Positions 12,922-22,932 of a DNA stretch of 64,000 nucleotides are shown here, piece after piece. How positions within the stretch are numbered: position 1 is the stretch's first letter; each line of letters starts with the position of its first letter. The notes below the pieces were generated by a model. That model had not been told where the DNA came from. It saw only the letters and a list, made by a program, of their open reading frames with translations, and did not search any database. A program made the translations under genes and the position numbers. Source of the DNA: Macrostomum hystrix (taxonomy: Eukaryota; Animalia; Platyhelminthes); the NCBI GenBank assembly GCA_950097015.1, contig CATNEN010000001.1, positions 13,888,001 through 13,952,000 of the forward strand, read 5' to 3'.

Positions 12922-13541
12922 GAGTTTTGGCGTGTTGATCAGACACACGAAACTCCCACTTCTAGACAATGGGGAACAATTGCCTAGGAATTTATAACAG
13001 TCACTTGAGACTTACTGCAATTGCTTCTTGTTCCTTGAGTAGTTTGTAGTCTTCTGGTCTTCGAAAGCCGGCGGTTCTTATTATCCTTGTTCTGGTCGAC
13101 CGTGAGGTTTCGAGTCTGTGTTTCTTGAGTCTTTGTAGTCTTGTCTTCTTTGTCTTCTTGGCAGCTGCTTGAGTTTGTCTGTTGGCCAATAAATGACGAG
13201 AGCGAATCAGATTACTTTTCGGTTTCCTCGAGCTCGGAATTCACAATAGAAACGTGCGCCCTAGTGAACAATTGAAATCTCTCGTGTATATCTCTAATAG
13301 GTCCTCCTGAAGAGCGTCTTCTTCGTTACCTCCGAAAGATAACGGATAACTCAAATCAAATCAATCAATAATCCTCTAGGAATGTATCCTAGGAAACAAG
13401 GAGGCTAGTAATCTATTAGTAATCTATTAGTAATCTATTTAACTCATTCCTAAAAATAGATTAAACGTTGTAGCTATGGTTTCCTTGTGACATTACTTTA
13501 AGCAGCGTGTTAAGCAAAAGCACATTTTACAACTCTCTACA
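12922..13541 (-). repeat. 3' LTR (620 bp, internally deleted)
   Basis: Matches 26904-27930 except that 443 bp are replaced by a 36-bp filler (13406-13441); one SNP noticed; begins TGTAGAG on the minus strand. Confidence 0.95.
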
Positions 13542-13556
13542 ATATCTCCTTTTTTT
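13542..13556 (-). promoter_or_regulatory. Polypurine tract
   Basis: aaaaaaaggagatat immediately precedes the 3' LTR TG on the minus strand. Confidence 0.8.
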
Positions 13557-13949
13557 ACGAAAAAATTCGTCCCGAATTTATTATTGACAAATAAAATTTT
13601 GGTATAAAGATGTAGGAGAATATACTGATATGCAACTTATTGTTGAAATAGTTGATAATTCGATTTAAAACTCACACCTAAAGCGTGAGAGTTAATAGCT
13701 CGTACCATCACCGAGCAGTAGCAATAATTGTCATTATGTATATCTATATATCCGCTACGAACGTATTAGTTAGTGGTAATTGTAGGCAAAATTGTAATTA
13801 AGAGGCGATAGTGAATGTAAGAAAAGTGTTGGATTTTCATTCACCCATAGATGATGTTGTTTAGGTGTGTTGGGTGTTGTCGCCTTATTTTTTCGACCAT
13901 CTTGCTTATCGGCCAAAAAAGTTTTTGCAGTTGTGTGTAGGTTATTAGT

Positions 13950-14462
13950 TTATTCGGTCCGTTCCATCAACATGAGGAAGGTGTCGAACGCCGTTGGTTC
14001 TCCTGGACTTTCAGCAATATTGTGGGCGAGCAGTAAGAGCCTTTGACGATGCGCTTTTAAACGCCATGGTATTGGCCATGATTTTATGTTACTCGTTAAG
14101 TCGTTTATGCTGGCCTCCTCGCAGTTATTTTCGTCTAGTAGGAGGTCTAGGTGTATGGGCGTCATGTAGGTGATCTTTGTAGTATTGTCCAACATCTTCT
14201 CTAAACAGTCTGGGCAGGAAGTGCTGTTTCTTCTTGCCATTGATTGTAAGCAGCTAAAACAACTCCAATATCGATTTTCGCACAATCGTATGTTGGGTTG
14301 TTCGTTGCATAGGACGCACCATACTCGGCTCCTGCGACACAGCGGACATGTAGGTAGTGGGCCCTGGCTTGTGCAGTTTAGACAGACTTTATGCCCCCAT
14401 TCGCATACTGGAACCAGATCTAGGCGTTCGTCGAGGCAGATGGGGCACAACTCTCGATTCAT
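13950..14462 (-). CDS. Accessory protein with two tandem RING-like fingers (copy B)
   Basis: CPICLD...CEWGHKVCLNC...CPLCR, then CVLC...CENRYWSCFSC...CPDC; acceptor tttcaacag directly precedes the ATG. Confidence 0.8.
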   Translation of the reverse strand: MNRELCPICLDERLDLVPVCEWGHKVCLNCTSQGPLPTCPLCRRSRVWCVLCNEQPNIRLCENRYWSCFSCLQSMARRNSTSCPDCLEKMLDNTTKITYMTPIHLDLLLDENNCEEASINDLTSNIKSWPIPWRLKAHRQRLLLLAHNIAESPGEPTAFDTFLMLMERTE

Positions 14463-14756
14463 CTGTTGAAATATTTTAATAATATTCTGATTCAGAGTTA
14501 TTATACTGGTATGTTTCTTGAGATGGTAGTATATATGATAGATCCTCGTTTCGCAAAATTAGTGTGGGAAGAATTGTACAGAAAATGGGACAGGGATGAA
14601 GATTCATGTCATAGACAAGATTAAACAGTTTTTGTGCAATATCATGTATGGACAATTGTCTAAGCTTAGGGCCGTATTGCAATGAGTATCGTACGCTCGT
14701 ACAATGTTTTTACGCGTTTTGTGAGCAATTCGTGGTATAGGCCATGGTTTTAGAAG

Positions 14757-15134
14757 TTAAATTATCTTATTAGAGGAAAAAAGAGTATAGGTTAATGGAT
14801 GAAGTTGGCAACCATAATTTGGTTTAATACGCGCAAGTTTGTTATAAATCATGAATAGTGGGGTATTATTGCAAACAGGACATTGGAAAATGGCTCGATA
14901 GGCAAACTTCTTCATGCATTGCGGACACATAAAATGTTGGTTTTGACAGTATTGTACTGTTCGCCATGAGTTACATATCATACATTGGCGGAGATTTCCA
15001 CGGCACAGAGGACAGTTTTTTAATGGTTTTTTGTAGTGTGCGAGGCTTAAGCAAGAACCGCAAACATGGTGTTTATTGACACATATACATGGTAGTTTAC
15101 ATGAGAATTCTGTAAGACAGACAGGACAGTCCAT
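14757..15134 (-). CDS. Accessory protein with two tandem RING-like fingers (copy A; probable premature stop)
   Basis: CPVC...CVNKHHVCGSC...CPLCR and CMIC...CQNQHFMCPQC...CPVC; the frame continues past the stop as LLKPWPIPR, matching SWPIPW of copy B. Confidence 0.8.
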   Translation of the reverse strand: MDCPVCLTEFSCKLPCICVNKHHVCGSCLSLAHYKKPLKNCPLCRGNLRQCMICNSWRTVQYCQNQHFMCPQCMKKFAYRAIFQCPVCNNTPLFMIYNKLARIKPNYGCQLHPLTYTLFSSNKII

Positions 15135-15264
15135 GGTAGTGTTCGCGAAAATTTTGTGGGCGTTTGCAGAGAGCAGAGGTTTAGTCGCCTTTTACGACAA
15201 GCTTGAGAAGCTGTAGTGCTATTCTTAATCCCGGTCACTACACGGGGAACAATAAACGAGTAAT

Positions 15265-18200
15265 TTAACGAGAACGTAGGTTATACGTCTGCTTATTTGG
15301 TGGTGTGTTTGTGGTTTGTGTCTCGGCATGTGCTGTTGCAATGTGCGTGTTTGTTGTTTTTGTGTGTTCTGGATTCTGTAACGTTGGAAGGAATGTAGTG
15401 TCCTTAGTGATGCGTTTTAAACGTTAAATGTGAACATAGAACTGAGGTTGATGTGGATCCTGGATATTTGCAAGGCGTGCTGTTGTTGCGGATATCAGTG
15501 CTGTTACACGGAAAGGTCCTTTGTATTTGAAGGCATGTTTGTGCGTATGCTGTGCCGGGTAGTGTAGGTAGACGATATCTCCCACTTGTAAAGTAAAGAT
15601 GCATGATTACTTGTTGTAGGTACGGTAGATTGATTGTCGAGATTATGTTTTGCAATTTGCCATGCTAGGTGTAATTGAGAAGTGAACTTTTGTAGTGTCG
15701 TTGGCGTGTCAACATATTGAGATGGCAGTAATTTCTGAACTAATAGGTTCGGTGGTTGAAAGTCTCTAGAGAACATCAGAATGAATGGTGTGTTCTCTGT
15801 TGAGCGATGAACTGCGCTGTTGTAGGCCATTGTCACTGATTGTATGTAAATAATCCAATCTTCAGGTTGCTTATAGACAAAGTGTGTCAACATTTCATGT
15901 AGGTTTCTGTGAAATCTTTCGACGAGGTTTGCTTTTGGATTATATGTCGAGGTGAATATCTGTTGAATATTCAGTAGTTTGGCGGCCTGTTGAAATAATT
16001 GTAATGTGAATTGTGTGCCATTGTCAGATGTTAGCGTCTTCGGGTTCCGAATTTGCAGATAATTTCATTATAGAAGGCCATTGCTACTGTTGTCGCTGTG
16101 ATGTCAGGTATCGGAATGGCAACGGCGAATTTCGAGAAAACATCCAAGGCTGTAAAAATGTAGTTGTAGTCGATAGAGTGTTGTCGAGCCGGTGGTAGTG
16201 GTCCGGTAATGTCAATTGACACTGTGTCCCATGTAGTTGTCTTCGGCACTGATTGGAGTTCAGGTTTTTGTCGTCTTTCGATTTTTGTTGAAGCACATGA
16301 GTGACATTGTATGCAGTACTTGCGAATGTCTAAATTCATTGTTGGCCAAAAATAGAATTAGACTACTCTATGGATTGTTTTCTTGGCGGATAAGTGTCCG
16401 GCTAATGGACTATCATGGAGTTCGTGTAGGATCGCTGAACGGAATGTGTATGGTAGGTACAGTCGCGGAATATTGTTGTACACCCAGTAGAGTGCGAGTT
16501 CTCTGAAAACTAGACTAGTTTTGTGCTTTCGTAAGAATTGTTTTTCGATTTTTGTAAGTTATTTTTCCGTTTCTTCATTATCTTCTTGTATGGCTTTGTA
16601 AAAGGAATCGTCTTGTTGTGCTTTCAACAAGTCTTTTATGGTTGGAATTGGATGAACTGCATTGATCTCGTATGTTCTGGACAGTGCATCAGCGGCTTTA
16701 CTCATTGGCCCTGGTTTGTAAACCAGGTGAAAGTTGTAGTCCTGTATTTGAGGACCATTCGGATAAGTCTATTGTTCGTCTGTCCTTTTGTTTTAACAAC
16801 GTGAGTCAGCGGTGCATGATCTGTGCGAATGATACGCTCGTAGTTGGCAGTGGTGATCCATAGATGTAGTAATGGAATTGTCGAAGAGCAAACAGAACAG
16901 CTAGTAGTTCTCGTTCAGTGGCTGACCATTTTGTTTCGTTTGTTCTTAGAGCTCTGCTGATGTAAGCAATCGGTTTTTCTTTCTTTGGTTCCATTTCCTG
17001 AAGTAGTACTGCTCCTAATCCACTTCCTGATGCGTCTGTTTCTATGATAAAAGGTTTGTGGAAGTTCGGGTGTTTGAGAAGAGCATCACTAGTTAGTTGT
17101 TGTTTGATTCTATCGAAACTTTCCTGTTGTTCCGCTTTGCAGTTGTCTTCTTTCCACTTTGGAATTTTTAGTAGTTCGTACAATGGTTTAGCCGTTTGTG
17201 CAAAGTTAGGTAGGAATTTTCGGAAATATTGTGCTAGTCCAAGGAATGACTGCAGTTTGGTAATTGACGTAGGTTTCGGGAACTTCTTGACCTTGTCGAC
17301 GTTATTTGGGTCTGGTGATATGCCTCGTGATGAAACGTGATGTCCAAGATATCGGACCGAATCTCTGCAGAATTTACATTTTGTTGGTTGCAGTTTTAGA
17401 CCTTGTTGTCGGAGTAAGAAGAGAGCTTGTTCCATGACTTTTACTAGTTGTTCAAAGTTATTTCCAGAGGCAAGGATATCATCAACATAGTGAAGCAGAT
17501 TTGTACATCCGGCTAGCATATAGGCTGTAAGACGGCTCATTGTTGCTGGTGAGTTGGAGATTCCCATTGGACTTCTCTGATACGCGAAAACTTCTCCTTT
17601 GTAAGTTTTGAAGGCAGTGTATTGTTTTGAGTCTTCTTCAAGTTCGATTTGCCAGAATCCATGTCGTAGGTCAAACACAGTGAAGAGTGTTGCCGTATTG
17701 AGTCGTGCTAGCAGTTCTGAGATTTTTGGTAGACTTTGTTGATCGGTGGGAATGTACTTATTTAGGACTCGGAAATCACAGACGAGTCGTCTTTCGTTTG
17801 TTTCTTTCTTTTCGACAAGAAGGCAAGGTGAAGAATATGCTGAGACGGTTCGTTTTATGATCCCTGCTTTAAGCATTTTTTCTATGATTTCATCGAAATG
17901 TTGTTGTAGGTGTTTAGCAACTGGATATGGTTTACATTGGATTGGTTCTTGATGAGGTAGTAGTTCAATCTTTTGCTTGATATCACGAGCACATCCGATG
18001 TCGTAATCGTGATGACAGAAGACGTCGTTATACTTCCACAATAGATCTTTAACTTGTGCTTTTTGTCCTTCGGTGATTGGACTTTGAGAAAGATCAATTT
18101 GTTGTAGGAATTTTTGTTTAGACATTTTTGTTGTTGTGTCTGGTTGGATGAGCATTACTGAAGCTTGTGTGTTGAGATGTCCCATGCATGTTCCTGCATA

Positions 18201-18947
18201 GATTTTTACTGGATGTTGATTTGGATTTATAATTTGTACTGGGATGTTTCTTTCCTTTGTGATAAGGACTAGAGCCGTTGGTATTAAAACTTCTTTTGTT
18301 GTGAGGATCTTCTTTCTTGGTTCAAATATCATAGCTTCTTCGACATCGTCATGATTGGCGAGGTATGCTTTAACCCAACATGTACTTTCCGGTTGTATGA
18401 AAACATCTTGTTTAATATGTACTTTTGGTTGAAGGTGAACTTGGCTGACTAAGGGATGTTCCACATTGTCCAGTTTGAATGTTTGTTTGTTGAAATCAAA
18501 TGTTAATGGTGGATTCATCTGCCGAAATGTGTCGATTCCAATAATAACATCTTGACTTGGAAGATGGTCAATAACAAATTCTTGTACTAGAAGTTGCTTG
18601 TTTGCAAGTTTAAGTGATATATTCACTTGTCCTAGGATATTAAGTGCATGTCCTCCGGCTCCGGCGACAGCGATTGAAGAAGGTCGCATATGAAGTTGCA
18701 ATTTGTCGTAGAGTCTTTTTGTGATGACTGTGATTGAACTTCCTGAGTCGAGAAGTGCTTTACTGGGCATGTTGTTTATAAATACTTGAGCCATCGCTCT
18801 ACCCATATTGGCTTGCAAGGTGCAAATGTAATTTGCTGGCCATTTTGGATCCGTTGGTAGACGAGGAGATGTCGGCGGTGGTCTCGCTGTCCTGATTTTA
18901 ATTTTTGGGTAAATATTTAATCGTTCTGGTTCTGGTGCTGTTGGCAA
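15265..18947 (-). pseudogene. pol: pol: aspartic protease, RT, RNase H, integrase (several frameshifts/stops after ~16830)
   Basis: LLDSGS, YVDD, ETDASG..GAVL, TDHAPL, ADALSR, HHCC zinc finger (HDSP..GH...CIQCHSC), DITGP / DVFSKF / SDNG / VERF, GPF motif, ends YNLRSR*. Confidence 0.95.
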
Positions 18948-20884
18948 TAATTGTTTTCCTTGATCTTGTAGTAGAGTTTCTTCATTTTTTCGTTGGGTGT
19001 AGTAGTTTCTTGTTGTTTGTCAATTTGGAAAATCCGTTGTTTTGCTGGATAGGCTCGTGCTACACATCGTACTGCTGTGATAAAGATCATTAGTGCAAGG
19101 TGAATCCATACAATGCATGCACTGGAGAAGATGAATCCCTGATAGTAACTTCCTTTTCCTTGGAGTAAATCGAGAAAGCTATTCGACCAAAAGGATCCTA
19201 TTGCGTTATGTATGATGAATCCTGTCGAAAAGGATTGTTCTTTGTCCTGTTGGTTGTTTTGGGTAAAGAGCTTTTTCATCATCTGTCGTTGGGCGATAAA
19301 AACTTGAAGAAAATCATTAATTGTCCATCCTAGTGTGATTTCGTCAAGTTTGATGTCACTAAATGGTTTATAGGTGGTCTTATTTATCTTGAGCTGTAGG
19401 TCCGCTAGTTCGTATGTTTCGTCGATAATAGCTTGCATACCAGTGATGTTTGTAATGTGCCCAGTTGTTGAGACCTTGTGTAGTTTATTATTAATGTTGA
19501 AATAGTTGGCTGCGTCAGCGCAGGGTCTCGGGATTACAGTTCCAACAATTATATTGTGCACAGTATCTAGAAATCCTTGAATTCGTTTCCCATTGTAGTA
19601 AGCTTCGATTCGGGGTTTATCGTAGCACGTAGTTGATGTGTTTGATGGCAAGATATTAAAATGATGTAGTGGCACACATTTGTAGATCAACAGATGGCCA
19701 TAGATGGGGATAGCTAGAACATCTCGAATGCCTGTGATTTTTCTGAATGTAGACGTTGGATTGACATAATAATTTTGTCGTGCATAGTTAAGTGCAGTTT
19801 CGTGCATTCTACAAGTCAGTTGGATCAGGGATTTGTGCAAGTAGTTGAGTTCTTTATGTAGGTTATGTTCCATTGCTGCGAGTTTTGCCGCTAGTAGTCG
19901 TGCAGAAACCATTGATGGTCTTTGTATTTCTCTCCTTTTCCGAGCTGTGTTGGTTCTTGTTGAATAAGTACCATTTACCAGTCTCATAAAGGTATCCTCA
20001 TCCATATCACGTAATTCGAGCGGTATCTCTTGTTCAGACACTAGAAGTTTTTTGGAGTTATCCTTACCGTTAATTCGGAGATACTTGGGTTTTTTGGAAA
20101 CGTTAGAGCAAAATCCGACGTACTCGCAAGGAAAGTATTTGACAGTAGATTTCCTTTTATTGTATGGTACTTCTGGAATTTACAATCAATATTTGGTTCA
20201 ACTTTCCATGCAACGAAGTACTGTCGTTGGTATTCTGTAATCTCATAGTGTGGGTTTTGTCGATGTTCAATTTGCCATTTGTAATTTTGATGATATGTTG
20301 GAGCCAGCGGTACTTGCCATACGAGCGTACTGCTTCGTTCCAGAGTTTTGCTGTTTCGCAGAACCCTGTGTTGTACTTACAGTCTTCAAGTGATAATTGT
20401 AGAGATTCCATGTTTTCAAACGGATTGTGGTAAAACAAGACTTTCCGGATCAAGTAACTGTTTGTCGTGGTGTAACGTGGCTATATGTATTCGTTCCAAT
20501 GGACATATCTACCGTTCGCACTGTTCTTGGTTCTGAAGAGTTGAGAGTTATCAATCTTTTCATCGGCATGAAGTTCTCCATCTTTAGAAAATAATGTTTG
20601 GTTCCACTGAAGGCATTCTTCTTGTGTGACAGGCAGTGCTGTTTGCCAGAATCGGATGCGATTCCATTGGATGTACCAAACCTTTTCTAGTTCATGTTTA
20701 TCTCGGAAACAGACAATACCATATTGTCTATGTTTCTTTGTGTTTGCTTTGTAGACATCGATCGTTAATGGAATAGGTTTTGTTTGATTAGTTTTAAAGT
20801 AACTGCACTTGATTTCCGTTGGTATGTTGTAAATGACTGGTTGGATGTTGGCATCAGTAGGGCATATCATGGGCACTGAAGATA
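18917..20884 (-). pseudogene. env: env-like glycoprotein ectodomain + TM (class III fusogen-like by motif recall); one stop (20481-20483) and about two frameshifts (~20225, ~20080)
   Basis: Cys-rich (PMIC, EEC, CKYNTGFC, W..E...CKF, YKC, CY..P, GFLD...II...PC), N-x-S/T sites, furin RKRR (19942-19931), C-terminal hydrophobic segment FIFSSACIVWIHLALMIFITAV. Confidence 0.8.
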
Positions 20885-22188
20885 CGAGGAGCGTACTGAA
20901 AGTTTTGAGATACGTCTGACTTATAAGTTGCAGCTGCGCGCCTTTTAATGTACATACTGTACCACCTTAAAAATGAATGAGTATAAATTTTCAGCCTTTG
21001 CGCTCTTGTCAATTTTTCACAATCACTCTTCAAAGTCAATACCCCCTACCAAACTGTACTCGCTCCAATGGAGTTGACAAACCGCGACTTTCGTGCCATG
21101 ATTGTTTATGACCAGCGTAAAGGTCTCACGCAAGAGCAATGCGTTGAAAGTTTACGTGCTGCCTTTGGAGACCAAGCCCCTTCACGTGCCACCGTTTTTC
21201 GGTGGTACAGTGAATGCAAGTGGGGCCGGAGCAGCCTTGATGACGAGCCTCGGTCGGGACGTCCAGTTTCCGCTGTCACGGACGAAAACATCGCTGCCGT
21301 CCGGAGAATGATCGACGAAGACCGGCGAGTGACCTGTGCCGAGATCAGGGAGGCTCTTGGCATTGGATCGGCAGCGGTTACGACCATCCTACACGACAAG
21401 CTGGGAGCCTCCAAGCGATGTGCCCGATGGGTGCCCCACAACCTGACGGAGGACCAGAAAGCGGAGAGGGTGCGTTGGTGCGAATTCATGCTTGAAACGA
21501 CTCTGGCACCTCGAAGCGATGCTGGGAGATTGTCACAGGTGATGAGACCTGGGTCTACCAGTACGACCCGGAAACCAAGCAGCAGTCGGCAGTTTGGCTC
21601 CTTCCGGATGATGCCACTCCAACGAAGGTCAAGCGGGCCCGCAGCGTCGGGAAGCAGATGGTGGCGACTTTCTTCAGCCAGGCTGGCCACCTGGCGACTG
21701 TAGCGCTCCAAGACAGGCGTACAGTCAATGCCGACTGGTACATCAACCAGTGCCTGCCGCTGGTGTTTGATGCGTGGCGCAGACGCCGGCCGCGCACCGG
21801 ACTTCGTGGCCTGCTGCTGCACCACGACAATGCCAGTGCGCACACGGCTGCTGCAACATTGGCATTTCTGACCGAGAATGGAGTCCAGCTGGTGACGCAT
21901 CCTGCATATTCGCCGGACCTGGCACCCTGCGACTTCTTTCTCTTCCCTTTGGTGAAGAACCAACTGCGCGGGACTCGGTTTGAGAGCCCTGAAGCAGCAA
22001 GAATCGAGTTCGAGCGGGTGGTTTCAGCAGTGCCTGAAGAACAGTGGGCTGGAGCCTGGACGCAGTGGTTTCACCGAATGAGGAAATGTGCACAAGCTGG
22101 TGGCAACTACTTTGAAAAATTGTGACAGAGAATTTACCTCAGACACTTTTGGTTTTGGTGCATCTCAAAACTTTCAGTACACCCCTCG
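20885..22188 (+). mobile_element. mariner transposon (1304 bp) inserted in env
   Basis: 27-bp TIRs cgagg(a/g)g(c/t)gtactgaaagttttgagat with 2 mismatches; TA duplication at 20883-20884 and 22189-22190. Confidence 0.97.
21068..22125 (+). pseudogene. mariner DD34D transposase, frameshift near 21495
   Basis: HTH N-terminus, WVPHNL, GDETW, HHDNA, YSPDLAPCDF motifs split over two frames. Confidence 0.95.
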
Positions 22189-22190
22189 TA

Positions 22191-22932
22191 GTACAACTGT
22201 CGGGAGAAGTAACATCACGATGGCTGAAAACAACCATCTTATCAGTATGTGCCTTTTCTTTTTCTTCACTTTGGTTGGTGGTTTATTGGTGTTTATTGAA
22301 TATCGTTGGTCTTCTGTCTCTCCAATTGGTGGAGTAAGGCGCATAGAAAAGTGCCATGGGTTGTTGCATCCTGATGGTCTGGTTTGTTGGTTATACCAGG
22401 TTGGTTTTTTCATATCGAATGTTAATGGTGTATTGAGAGTTTGCGGTACGGTACTTGTAGTATCCGTTCTCATGTCGATCCACGTTGTTGGTTCATCATA
22501 GACATGATCGTCATCCTTTTCCATCGACGTACCGTAGTCACTTTTAGTCTGAGAAGATCTATCGTGCTTCGAGTAGTACGATTCGGTATTCACTGCTTTA
22601 TTGTGTCCATTCTGTCCTTCCGATAAATTGACAGGGGTTATGTTTTCGTATTCGAGATCAGGTTTGTACTTGGGTGTCGAAGGCGGTGTCTCTGTCAAGT
22701 CGATGTCATCGACTAAAATTTGTAGCATGCTGATGCTTTCTTCAGACGTGTTGTGTGAATTTGTCGCACTGTGGTCCTCATTACTCCTTTCTGTGGATGT
22801 GGACAATTCATCTATGCCTTCTTTGTTTTGCAGAACTTTTGAAAGATCGCTCATCGTTGGAATTTTGAATAATCCTTTGATTTGTTGTTGTAATTGCTTT
22901 CGTTCAATGTGTTGACAGGTGTTGAAGATTAT
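22191..22932 (-). CDS. Gag-Env linker ending in basic residues + internal signal sequence (segment between the two nested insertions)
   Basis: Open frame ending KVKKKKRHILIRWLFSAIVMLLLPTVVL; in frame with gag upstream and env downstream after removal of the insertions. Confidence 0.8.

Noticed and set aside
12910-12925. Target-site duplication and canonical CA end of the LTR element
   Set aside because: Flanks (catgac / ctctgt) do not match and the LTR identity stops at ...aaaactc; the true end is uncertain by a few bases
13001-13189. 62-aa basic ORF present in both LTRs
   Set aside because: Non-ATG start, short, and duplicated only because it lies in the LTR; no evidence of coding
18917-19020. 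Programmed -1 ribosomal frameshift between env and pol
   Set aside because: No canonical X XXY YYZ heptamer in the env frame, and this copy has several other indels; not excluded without a consensus
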